Positions 1-9,312 are shown, counted from the first letter of the stretch. The stretch: 64,000 nucleotides of DNA from Verrucomicrobiota bacterium (GCA_047947115.1 CP170459.1:1440001-1504000), one strand, 5' to 3'. A program made the numbers and translations. Notes: generated from the letters alone by a model not told the origin.

Positions 1-233
1 ACCTTGTCAGGTTTGACCGCGAGAAAGATGAGGTCGGAAGCGGTAGCCACCTCGGTATTGCTATCCGTGGTCTTGCCACCGGTCGCTTCGGCAAAAGCAT
101 CGCGCGCCTGCGGAAACGGGTCGCTGGCGATCAGGTTCTCGGGCCTCAATTTGCCCTGTTTCACAAAACCCGCAGCCAGGGCAGAAGCCATTTTACCTGC
201 CCCGATAAATCCAATTTTCAAATCTTCACTCAT
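1..233 (-). CDS. proC: Pyrroline-5-carboxylate reductase, N-terminal part (runs off window start)
   Basis: Manual translation from ATG at 233: MSEDLKIGFIGAGKMASALAAG...SNTEVATASDLIFLAVKPDK; GxGxM Rossmann motif and LAVKP motif of ProC. Not in the ORF track. Confidence 0.9.
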   Translation of the reverse strand, partial: MSEDLKIGFIGAGKMASALAAGFVKQGKLRPENLIASDPFPQARDAFAEATGGKTTDSNTEVATASDLIFLAVKPDK

Positions 234-377
234 AAGTCCTCAACATCAACTCAGGAAAGTGTGACACAGACCTCGCCTGAAACGCGGGTCATGGTAAGCA
301 GTTTCCGACAAAAGGAAATTATAAAGTCGTTATCGTCTTGGAAGACGGCGCAGTTCAAAAAATAGAAATCCACTATC

Positions 378-551
378 GGAGGGCCAAGCTCCGCCTTGCA
401 CCCACTTCAAACCTCAGTGCTTTGGAGTCCTTTTCAAGCTATAATGGAAGCACCATAGTCATCCGGATAACGTTAGTTTCACAACATAACATTTTTTGCT
501 CAGAAACGTTTACAAGGGGAAAGTTTGGGGCGAGGTGGAACTCTCCCCTCC
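378..551. repeat. Inverted pair of GGAG-footed REP-like sequences (REPIN-like)
   Basis: GGAGGGCCAAGCTCCGCCTTGCACC at 378 versus the reverse complement of 527-551, GGAGGGGAGAGTTCCACCTCGCCCC; intergenic. Confidence 0.45.
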
Positions 552-638
552 ATTGTCTGAATAATGAACGACGCGGCCCCGCCCTCAGCTCGGAGTGATG
601 GGAAAGGGCAAGGCGCCCTTTAAACCCCTGAATCTTGA

Positions 639-1142
639 TTACATGACCGTCCGTGTCGTTTTTGGGGGCGAGAACGGTCGTGGAAGTTCTGTGGTCGATT
701 GGGTGCCTGGGTCCTTGGCTTTGTTTTTCTGCTTCGGAAACACAGACCGAATCATCCAGTAACTGGCGGTTCGGTGAATACTGAAAAGCGCGATGGCAAG
801 GATGAGTGTCGCCCACTCCTTATGATCCGGGTGCATGTCAACGATCGGATAATCCCTCCATTTTGTTGTGATGATCACAAAAGAGATGAAGGCCACCAGT
901 GCTGTGCACTCGCGAATTGATTCCGGATGGATCGGTTTTTTGCTGCGCTTCAAGTAAAAGGCAAGGTAGACACCGACCACGGAATACACTGAAGTTAGTA
1001 CCAATCTGAAAAGCCAGGGAAAATCATCCGGAAAATGGGTGGCAACCATGATGGTGACGTAACCCATGAAAAGAATCCCTGTTCCCGCCAAGATCCTTGT
1101 TAATAACACAAAAAGATGGGTAAATCGCGCAAGCAGTTTCAT
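639..1142 (-). CDS. Hypothetical membrane protein (about 4 TM segments)
   Basis: ORF 639-1268; probable start MKLLARF at 1142; four hydrophobic stretches and a polar tail. Confidence 0.6.
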   Translation of the reverse strand: MKLLARFTHLFVLLTRILAGTGILFMGYVTIMVATHFPDDFPWLFRLVLTSVYSVVGVYLAFYLKRSKKPIHPESIRECTALVAFISFVIITTKWRDYPIVDMHPDHKEWATLILAIALFSIHRTASYWMIRSVFPKQKNKAKDPGTQSTTELPRPFSPPKTTRTVM

Positions 1143-1520
1143 GAGATTGCTCCTAAGATGTTGACAACTATAAGAGTATCTCAGACTGTTGCAACAAGAT
1201 ATCATGGTGATGAGGCGCGCCGTTGGAGTAAGGTGAGAGTCACCGCTTTGGTGACGGTCCGCATGCAATTGGTGGGTTCTTATTCAAATTGGGCGAACCA
1301 ACAGCCATACGGATTCGATAAACGATTTTTAAAGATGTGTGAACCACTGGGTGGAGGCTGGTGCAGCGTTTCCCTGAGGTATCCAGAGCTGTGCCGTAAT
1401 CACCGCAGTCCAAAGGTGCAGCGCCGTTTTTTTGACCTTATTTGGGACCTGATTGGATACAACGGAGCATTCCGATTAATTTGGCCGTCATTTGACCTAC
1501 ATAAACGCTAACTAATTTCC

Positions 1521-1925
1521 ATGATCACTCTTAAACGTCCATCCCTTAAGTATGAGACCGCATTTCTTCGGTCTTTCTTTTGTTTTTGGATTTTTGTTAT
1601 CTCTTTGTCAGCCGCCCGCTACGCTCAGGCTGCCGATGTTGATCCTATTCTTTGGACTGCCAGGTGGAATCAAGATGGATCTCAGTTTGCGATTGGTGGT
1701 GTCCATTCACTTTGGGTCTTTGATTCGAATACTTTCCAAAAGAAATCCCTTTTACCCGCACCTTAGACTTGTGATGGCGACAATAAAGACATTCCCTATA
1801 TGGCTGTGACAAGAATGGACTGGCATCCAGATGGTGATAGCATTCTCACCTCCAGCATGGATGGTCGGGTGACTTTGTGGAGTGCGACTGCGCAGCTTAA
1901 GAAGGAGATTGACTTGTCTCATTAG
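1521..1925 (+). pseudogene. Truncated secreted WD40-repeat protein with in-frame TAG at 1764-1766
   Basis: Signal peptide, then WTARWNQDGSQFAIGG; after TAG the same frame continues with VTRMDWHPDGDSILTSSMDGRVTLWS (a WD40 blade) to TAG at 1923-1925. Confidence 0.7.
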
Positions 1926-1937
1926 GGAGGACTGACT

Positions 1938-2537
1938 TTGTCCGTTCTAACACTTGAAATGGATCAATACCTCGAATCAAGCGATAACATAGATTGGCAA
2001 ACACCTTCTGTGTTGGCCAAAGCAAAGGAACTTGCGGGGGGCTCACAGGATGATCAGGTCATTGCCAAATCTTGTTTCGAGTTTGTGCGCGATCAGATCA
2101 AGCACAGTTGGGATGATCAGTTGAATCCAGTCACGATCCAAGCTTCGGAGGTCCTGTTGCATGGTACAGGATATTGCTATGCCAAAAGCCATTTGCTTGC
2201 CGCCTTGTTGAGAGCAAACGGAATTCCGGCAGCTCTTTGCTATCAGCGCCTGACGATTGAGAATGATCGCCCCCCCTATTGTTTGCATGGACTGAATGCC
2301 GTTTACCTGAAAAAGTTTGGATGGTATCGAATTGATCCTCGTGGAAATAAAGAAGGCGTAAGAGCGGAGTTTGATCCACCAAACGAGCATCTCGCCTTCG
2401 AAATCAGAAATGAGGGTGAGCGTGATTTGGACGGATTCTACTCCGAACCGCTACCGGAAGTTGTTCAAGTTTTGAGTTCCTGCCACGATTTCAAGGAGGT
2501 TGCCGAAAACCTTCCGGATGCCAAAGGAGCGAAATGA
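1938..2537 (+). CDS. Transglutaminase-like family protein
   Basis: GYCYAKSHLLAALLRANGIPA, HGLNAV and WYRID give a Cys-His-Asp triad; GGAGG RBS before the TTG start. Confidence 0.85.
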   Translation: MSVLTLEMDQYLESSDNIDWQTPSVLAKAKELAGGSQDDQVIAKSCFEFVRDQIKHSWDDQLNPVTIQASEVLLHGTGYCYAKSHLLAALLRANGIPAALCYQRLTIENDRPPYCLHGLNAVYLKKFGWYRIDPRGNKEGVRAEFDPPNEHLAFEIRNEGERDLDGFYSEPLPEVVQVLSSCHDFKEVAENLPDAKGAK

Positions 2538-2601
2538 AAAATCCAGAATACGATAGAACTCGCAGTTGCCGAAAGAAGAAGAGTGAGATACGTTGGGGTT
2601 C

Positions 2602-2820
2602 ATGAAAGGTGAATTTACAGCGGTTATTGAAACGGCTGAAGAGGGTGGCTTCTGGGCTTACTGTCCTGAAGTGCCCGGAGCCAACGGGCAGGGCGAGACT
2701 GTTGCTGAGGCGAAGGAAGATTTGGCGGCTGCGATCGAACTGGTGCTTCAGGACCGTCTGGAGGACAGTTTACGAGGTTTGCCTGAGGATGCTATTCGGG
2801 ACACGGTTGCGGTGGGATGA
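2602..2820 (+). CDS. hicB: Type II TA antitoxin, HicB family (short, no DNA-binding domain)
   Basis: GGFWAYCPEVPGANGQGETVAEAKEDLAAAI partial RNase H fold signature. Confidence 0.85.
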   Translation: MKGEFTAVIETAEEGGFWAYCPEVPGANGQGETVAEAKEDLAAAIELVLQDRLEDSLRGLPEDAIRDTVAVG

Positions 2821-3002
2821 AGAGGGGAAGTTTACTGAAGCATCTACGGAGGCATGGATGCATTCTCAAGAGAGAGGGATTACGTCACTCCCTGTGGATG
2901 AACCCGGGAAATGGAGTTTCTGAAGCGGTGCCACGCCACACCGAGATCAAAAACTCTCTGGCTCGGAAAATTTGCCGAAAACTGAACATTCCGGACCTAT
3001 AA
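2817..3002 (+). CDS. hicA: Type II TA toxin, HicA family mRNA interferase
   Basis: 61 aa, basic; LKREGLRHSLW and AVPRHTEI motifs; ATGA overlap with hicB. Confidence 0.85.
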   Translation: MKRGSLLKHLRRHGCILKREGLRHSLWMNPGNGVSEAVPRHTEIKNSLARKICRKLNIPDL

Positions 3003-3180
3003 GTGTCAGCAAATTAAAAGAATAACCCTCAGAGTCATGTTCAACTTTATCTTTGATCCATTGGGGGATATTACATTGAGAATCACATATTAATTTATAC
3101 GGATCAACACGTTACCGTCAGGAATCTGATTAATAATATGCTCGCCACCTGCATAAATATTTGAGGGTCAATCTGCGGAT

Positions 3181-3221
3181 AAAAACCACCCCCTGAGCCA
3201 CAAAAGACTCAGGGGGTGGTT
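3181..3221 (-). terminator. Rho-independent terminator of the 3241-5607 gene
   Basis: 14-bp stem AACCACCCCCTGAG/CTCAGGGGGTGGTT followed by a T-run on the minus strand. Confidence 0.8.
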
Positions 3222-3240
3222 GCATTGATAGATTCAAAAA

Positions 3241-5607
3241 TCAGCGGGCGATGTAGAACATGGCTGCTTCATTAGGGGAAACCGTGTAGGGCGATGTGGC
3301 TCCATCGACCGGTGCGAATGTTCCGGTAACGGTTGAAGATGCTTCGAGTGTTCCGGTGTACTCGATGGTGATGCTACCGTCTTCAGCTTTGGCGATACCG
3401 GTGATGCTTCCTGCTGCTACCGGGGGTGTGAAAGCCGCCGCTTTTTCGGCAATCTCCGCATCACTGAGTGCTCCTTCATGAACGGCCCACATATACATCA
3501 CGGAGCCGTCTCCCATGGGATCGGTGTTTTGTTCGATTCGGGCTGCCATGATTTTGCCTTCACCAAACAGATCGATGTTTGTTTCGATAAACCCGGCATA
3601 GAGCCCATTGACGTAGAGTCTTACTTCAACTTTGCCCCAGTCGTTCACGAATATTACGTGAACAGGTTCACCAAAGACCGAAGCGGTGCTGCCTGGACCG
3701 TCTTCCTGGAAGATATGATCCGCAACACCAAACTCGGTCAGTCCAAACACACCCTGTTCATTCCATTGATCGAGTTTCAGTCCCCATAAGTCGTTTCCTG
3801 CGATGGCGGTGGAAGCGCCACCTTTGACCGCACTGAATGCGAATTCGTATGTGGTGTCGTTCAGGGCAAGGCCGAAATCAACCAATGTGGGCTCCCCGAA
3901 CGCTCCTTCAGGAATCGTTGGTGTGTCGGGTGTTTCAGGTGTTTCGGGATCCGTGGGAGTTGTGGTTGGTTCCCTTGGCTCGGCGGCTGCGTAGAGATCC
4001 GCGATCTCGGATTCGCTCAGCACAGACGGATGAACAGCCCAGTAATAAAAGACGCTACCCTCTCCCATGGGATCGGTGTCCTGATTCAGGCGGGCACCCA
4101 TCATTTTGGTCGGGCCGGAAAGGGTGAAGTTTGTCAGGATATACCCTACGTATTCTCCGTTAACATGAAGCCGGACTTCTCCGTTGGTGACGTCATTGAT
4201 GAAGACCGCATGGAGATCTTCTTCAAAAACGGTTGATTCACTTCCGTTGCCCTCCAGTTCGAACACATGGTCCGCCACTCCGAATTCGGTAAGGCCGAAC
4301 TGAAGGGTGTCTGGCCATTGCTCAAGTTTGATTCCCCAGGCGTCGTTGCCGGCGATGGCTGTGGAGGCGCCCTCCTTGACTGCTTTGAAAAAGAACTCGT
4401 AGGAAACATCTCCTTCCACAGTCCCAATGTCCACTACGGTGGGCGCGGTGAAGGGGCCGGTTGGATCGAAGGGTTGGGCGGATTGGGCCATTTCAAGAAT
4501 GATTTCCTCCGAAAGGGCCGCATTATAGGTTGACCAGGAGTATAAGATACTATTGGGTCCGACAGGATCCGTGTCTTCTTCAATGCGGGCGGCCAACACC
4601 TTGCCGGGGCCAGCCAGATTGAAATTGCCTGCAAAATTGCCGCTGAGAACACCGTTGAGGTAGAGGCGGGTTTCCTGATTCGCCGAGTCGTTCACCACCA
4701 CTACATGAACATCTTCTCCAAAGATGGAAGCGACCGAAGCTTCTCCGACGGGTTCAAAAACATAATCGGCGACACCGAACACCGTGACTCCGAAAACGCC
4801 TTGTTCGTTCCATTGGTCCAACTTGATGGCTGCGGCGTCATTTCCTGCGATGGCGGTCGACGCACCGCCTTTGCTTGCATTCAAGTGAAACACATAGGTT
4901 GCATCGCCGGAAAGGGAGCCGAAATTGACGGCTGTGGGTGAGGCGGAAGCAAAGCTTGAGGATGCGATGACCGTGTTGGGATCTTCGGGTTCCGCCGGTG
5001 TGGTAGGTTCGGCGTTGGCCGCCAAATCACTGATCTCAGCTTCTGTCAGAGCTTCATCATAGGTGGCCCAGGAATATAAAATACTGCCACCTGCCATGGC
5101 GTCCCCATCCGTTGCCAGACGCGCCGCCATGAGTTTGACTTCGCCAAAGAGTTCGAAATTGCCGACGTAATAACCGGAGAGTTTTCCGTTCACGTAGAGC
5201 CGGACTTCTTCTTTTGTGAAGTCGTTGACGAATGCCACGTGTACGTCTTCTTTAAAAACGGAACCCGGTTCGCCACTGCCATCCGGTTCAAAGACATTGT
5301 CAACGACGCCAAATTCCGTCACACCGAAGAATCCGGTTTCATTCCACTGTTCGAGCTTTAAACCAAAAGCATCGTTACCCGCCACAGCGGTGGATGAGCC
5401 GCCCTTGACGGCATTGAAGAAAAAGACATAGGTGGCATCATCCGATAACTCGCCGAAATCAGCCAATGCAGGAGCGATCAAGGCTTCATTAGAGAAGGCC
5501 ACAGGATCGGCTGCACGTGTTGTCAAGGGAAGCAGGAGAATGCATATCAGAATTTGCAGATATCGCGCGTATGGGGACTGTACTCTTCTTATGTATTTCA
5601 TTAACAT
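3241..5607 (-). CDS. Secreted acidic protein with four ~160-aa LamG/concanavalin-like repeats and a short C-terminal beta module
   Basis: Signal peptide; four repeats of GGASTAIAGND..LKL(E/D)QW..FG(V/L)TEFGVAD..HVxFVND..EVRLYVNG; Pro/Thr/Glu linkers; start may be ATG 5601. Confidence 0.8.
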   Translation of the reverse strand: MLMKYIRRVQSPYARYLQILICILLLPLTTRAADPVAFSNEALIAPALADFGELSDDATYVFFFNAVKGGSSTAVAGNDAFGLKLEQWNETGFFGVTEFGVVDNVFEPDGSGEPGSVFKEDVHVAFVNDFTKEEVRLYVNGKLSGYYVGNFELFGEVKLMAARLATDGDAMAGGSILYSWATYDEALTEAEISDLAANAEPTTPAEPEDPNTVIASSSFASASPTAVNFGSLSGDATYVFHLNASKGGASTAIAGNDAAAIKLDQWNEQGVFGVTVFGVADYVFEPVGEASVASIFGEDVHVVVVNDSANQETRLYLNGVLSGNFAGNFNLAGPGKVLAARIEEDTDPVGPNSILYSWSTYNAALSEEIILEMAQSAQPFDPTGPFTAPTVVDIGTVEGDVSYEFFFKAVKEGASTAIAGNDAWGIKLEQWPDTLQFGLTEFGVADHVFELEGNGSESTVFEEDLHAVFINDVTNGEVRLHVNGEYVGYILTNFTLSGPTKMMGARLNQDTDPMGEGSVFYYWAVHPSVLSESEIADLYAAAEPREPTTTPTDPETPETPDTPTIPEGAFGEPTLVDFGLALNDTTYEFAFSAVKGGASTAIAGNDLWGLKLDQWNEQGVFGLTEFGVADHIFQEDGPGSTASVFGEPVHVIFVNDWGKVEVRLYVNGLYAGFIETNIDLFGEGKIMAARIEQNTDPMGDGSVMYMWAVHEGALSDAEIAEKAAAFTPPVAAGSITGIAKAEDGSITIEYTGTLEASSTVTGTFAPVDGATSPYTVSPNEAAMFYIAR

Positions 5608-6157
5608 TCCTTTATTCTAAGTTCAGTAGCCTAACGGCCGGTTTATGTTTCCCTCATTTTTCGAAGGATGCAATTGTCATTTGACTATAAAAAACGAAGG
5701 AACGAGGGATACGAAGTGGATATCAAGCCAATGCGCTTTTTATGAGACTTCAACCCCCCTTCCTATCTGCGCAAATCTGTGTACATTTGCGGATAAGAAA
5801 CAGAGGTCCGAATCAAAGCCGGTCTTTGAGGGCTTCCAGGCTTTTTTCGGCGGCGGTGTAGGTGATTTCTGCGACGAGGTTCATGGCGTTGTCGCGAAAT
5901 TCCTTTTTAATCTTCAATTGCACGCTTCCAGAGGTATGACCCGGAACTTTTTCCAGGAGGTGCATATTTCCCACTTGCAATAAGATTTTCCCACTGCCAA
6001 ACCAACTCTTTTTGAAACGAATATCCAGGATCTCTGAAAGGGGAATTACGGCCCGTTTCACATCTGATTTGACCAGGCCAATAAATCCGTCCTTGGTCTG
6101 AAATTCCATTCTCAACTCTTCATCGACCAGGGTGAGAATACCGTTGGACTCAGTTAG

Positions 6158-7738
6158 CCCGGATATTTCATCAAAACCAGAAATACCCACAAATTGGTTT
6201 TCATTGTAGCTCAAGGTTGAGTTTGGAGAGGTCAGACGCACCTTTTTAAGGTTCTTTTCGAATTGAGGATACACTCCCCCAATCCCCCATTGTTTTTCGA
6301 CGTGCCGGGGCAGCACTCTGGGCATGTTATCCTGTGTTCAGTTTGGCGTGAACATGTGCAAAGAGTTTTTGATAGGGGTATGCCTGACTCATCAATAATC
6401 GAATGCGTCTTGTGTTTTTCAGGACGATGGTTCCAATTTTGAACAGTTTCAGTCGGATGGTGCTGACCTGGGCTCGAGCCATTTCACTTCCTTTCAATCC
6501 AACTCGGCGGATGGTTTCCATCAGCACATAGGCAGCACTGCTGAGCAGGAGTCGAAACTGATTGCTCCACCATTTATGACAACTGGTTCGGTCGGCGAAT
6601 AATCCAAGCTGTTGTTCCTTGATGCGGTTTTCCATTTCTCCCCGAGCACAATAAATCTTCTCGTAGATATGCTGGGCATTGCCCGAAAGGTTACTCACCA
6701 CAAATCTGGGATTGCTGCCCTGTCGATTATGTTCCGCTTTAATGATCACCATTCTTTCCTGATCCCAGGAATGTGCCTTGTATTGGAGACAGGCAAAGTG
6801 GCGTTGTTTTTCACCAGTCTGTTCAAAGAGAACAGCGGATTCTGAAATAAGGTTTTGTCCTTGTTCAAGCAATCGTGGGTTTTTGGCGATTCCAACAACA
6901 TACTTCACTTCATGACGTTCGCACCAACGCAACATTCTCCAACGACAAAACCCGGAGTCTCCCCGGAAGATGATGCGTACTTTGGGCCATTTTTGGCGCA
7001 GGCGTTGAACTAGCAATTTGAGAATGGCCCATGCATGACGTGCAGGATCAATATTGCTTGGGCGTAGATAACTGACCAAGAGTTGCTCGCCACAAAAGAC
7101 ATAAAGAGGAAGGAAACACCAGCAATCGTAATACCCGTGAAAACTGCGTCTCTCCTGGCCGCCATGAACTCGATCATCAGTTGCGTCAAAATCCAGAATC
7201 AGTTCTTCCGGAGCTTTTTTGAAAGAGTTGATAAAAGTTTCAATCAAGACTTTCGAAAAATCCATCGCTGTTTGGCGATCTGCCCGAGCTTCAAAGCGAC
7301 ACAAAGTAGGACTGCTGGCAAGCGAATCAGAACGTTCCACAGCACTTTGAATGAGTGGATCCTTTCGGAGGCAATCGTGATCGTTGAGATCTTCGTATCC
7401 CAAGGCCAGGCCGTAAATGCGTTGACGCAACAAATCGAGAGTGGAATGAGCCGTCCGGCCAGATTGACGAGGATCGGTCATCACCTTGGAAATTGATTTG
7501 GTAAGACCAAGTAACCGATCAGCCTGCCTTAAAAACAAAGCACCACCGTCCGAGGAAATGTGACCACCGCTGAAAGAAGCCTCAATTTTTCGTCGTTCAA
7601 GGCTTGGAAACTCAAAAGAAATCTGGTTACACTTTGTCATTAGCGGAGTTTTTACTGGTTTTTGTTTCAACACCAACAACCATATGGGATTATCCCAAAA
7701 ACTTCGCTAATTTTTTTTAATTTAATGAAATATCCGGG
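6158..7738 (-). mobile_element. IS1380-family insertion sequence, 1581 bp
   Basis: Terminal inverted repeats CCCGGATATTTCAT (6158-6171 and 7725-7738); flanking direct repeat TTAG (6154-6157 and 7739-7742); single transposase. Confidence 0.93.
6327..7640 (-). CDS. IS1380-family DDE transposase
   Basis: FSGGHISSDGG, LDFDATDDRVHG, RGDSGF and RGEMENRIKE motifs; probable start MTKCNQ. Confidence 0.93.
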   Translation of the reverse strand: MTKCNQISFEFPSLERRKIEASFSGGHISSDGGALFLRQADRLLGLTKSISKVMTDPRQSGRTAHSTLDLLRQRIYGLALGYEDLNDHDCLRKDPLIQSAVERSDSLASSPTLCRFEARADRQTAMDFSKVLIETFINSFKKAPEELILDFDATDDRVHGGQERRSFHGYYDCWCFLPLYVFCGEQLLVSYLRPSNIDPARHAWAILKLLVQRLRQKWPKVRIIFRGDSGFCRWRMLRWCERHEVKYVVGIAKNPRLLEQGQNLISESAVLFEQTGEKQRHFACLQYKAHSWDQERMVIIKAEHNRQGSNPRFVVSNLSGNAQHIYEKIYCARGEMENRIKEQQLGLFADRTSCHKWWSNQFRLLLSSAAYVLMETIRRVGLKGSEMARAQVSTIRLKLFKIGTIVLKNTRRIRLLMSQAYPYQKLFAHVHAKLNTG

Positions 7739-7883
7739 TTAGTTCACCGGGAATGTCGAATGGTATGGAATACGGATTCATAGATTGGCAGTAGTCTCCC
7801 TTCCTATGACCGAAAACTCAATGTGTTTTTTAGACTGGATATACAGGATGAACAGGATCAGCCAAAACGCGTGGAGTCAATGC

Positions 7884-9296
7884 TTATCGATCCAATCCCA
7901 GAAACGCTTCTGCGTTGTTATAGCAGATGTTGCGGATCATTGGGCTGACCAGATTGTCGTCATTGGGGATTTCACCGTTTTCCATGTCTGTGCCAATGAG
8001 GTTGCAAAGGACGCGTCGGAAGTATTCGTGTCGCGGATAGGACATGAAGGATCGGGAATCCGTCACCATACCCACGAATCGGGATAGAAGCCCCAGATTG
8101 GACAAAGCGTTCATTTGCCATTCCATGGCTTCCTTTTGATCGAGGAACCACCATCCTGAACCCAGTTGGATTTTACCGGGAATGGTGCCGTCCTGAAAAT
8201 TGCCGATCATGGTGGCGAAAAGGTAATTGTCCGCGGGATTCAGGTTGTAGAGAATGGTTTTCGGCAGTTTGTTGTGGGTGTCGAGACGATCCAGGAAGGC
8301 GGACAGGGTGACGCCTTGGGGAAGATCGCCGATCGAATCGAATCCGGTGTCCGGTCCAAGAGCCGAAAGCAGACGGCGGTTGTTGTTGCGCAACGCTCCG
8401 ATGTGCATCTGCATGGTCCATCCTTTTTCGGCGTATCGTTCTCCAAGGTGACCCAGAACAAAAGTTGTGAATTGTTGCTGTGCTTCCGGGCTGGCACCGC
8501 GTCCGGCGCGGGCACTGTCAAAAATGGATGACACCTCTTGTTCACTGCTGAAACTGGCCGGGCATTGACCCAGTCCGTGATCCGACAGTCGGCAGCCTTG
8601 TTCATGAAAGAAATCCAGGCGATTATCCAGAGCTTCGATAAACTGGGTGAAATTGGAAATAGAGATGCCGCTTTGAGCTTCGAGTTTACCGACCCATGCA
8701 TTGAAGGCTTCCGGGTTGTCGACTCCGAACGATTTGTCTGGTCGCCATGTGGGCAAAACGTTTGTTTTGATACCGGAGGCTTTGATCGACTGGTGATGTT
8801 GTAAATCATCGGTCGGATCGTCCGTGGTGCAGACCGTTCGGACATCGAATTTCTTCAGGATGCCGTGTGTGGTCAGGTCATCACCGGCGAGTTGTTCCCG
8901 GGTTTGATTCCAGATGCGTTCGGCGCTGTCTTCGTTCAACAGTTCGGTGATGCCGAAATAGCGTGCCAATTCAAGATGCGTCCAGTGGTAAAGCGGGTTC
9001 CTCAGGGTGTGAGGGACCGTGGCCGCCCAGGCCTTGAATTTTTCGAACGGTTCAGCGTCACCGGTGCAGTATTTTTCAGCGGCACCGTTCGAGCGCATGG
9101 CGCGCCATTTGTAATGGTCGCCTTCCAGCCAGATTTCAAAGAGGTTGTTGAATCGACGATTGTTCGCGATGTCTTCGGGTGGCAGGTGGCAATGGAAATC
9201 AAATATGGGCGCCGGCTCGGCGAAGGCATGGTAAATGCGGCGGGCGGATTCGTTATGCAGGATGAAGTCTTCGTGAATAAAGGTGTTGTGACTCAT
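7884..9296 (-). CDS. uxaC: Glucuronate (uronate) isomerase
   Basis: DFHCHL, GDHYKWRAMR, NPLYHWTHLEL, GWWFLD, TDSRSFMSYPRHEYFRR. Confidence 0.96.
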   Translation of the reverse strand: MSHNTFIHEDFILHNESARRIYHAFAEPAPIFDFHCHLPPEDIANNRRFNNLFEIWLEGDHYKWRAMRSNGAAEKYCTGDAEPFEKFKAWAATVPHTLRNPLYHWTHLELARYFGITELLNEDSAERIWNQTREQLAGDDLTTHGILKKFDVRTVCTTDDPTDDLQHHQSIKASGIKTNVLPTWRPDKSFGVDNPEAFNAWVGKLEAQSGISISNFTQFIEALDNRLDFFHEQGCRLSDHGLGQCPASFSSEQEVSSIFDSARAGRGASPEAQQQFTTFVLGHLGERYAEKGWTMQMHIGALRNNNRRLLSALGPDTGFDSIGDLPQGVTLSAFLDRLDTHNKLPKTILYNLNPADNYLFATMIGNFQDGTIPGKIQLGSGWWFLDQKEAMEWQMNALSNLGLLSRFVGMVTDSRSFMSYPRHEYFRRVLCNLIGTDMENGEIPNDDNLVSPMIRNICYNNAEAFLGLDR

Positions 9297-9312
9297 AAAA
9301 TTGTGATTCGAT

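Larger units (their letters stand above)
5813..7781 (-). pseudogene. Hypothetical protein interrupted by IS1380 after codon 14
   Basis: Removing the IS plus one TTAG joins MNPYSIPFDIPGEL (ATG 7781) in frame to TESNGILTLVDEELRMEFQ...LKDRL*. Confidence 0.85.

Noticed and set aside
1116..1511. 131-aa plus-strand ORF
   Set aside because: No motif or RBS, overlaps the start of the divergent membrane gene, and has atypical composition
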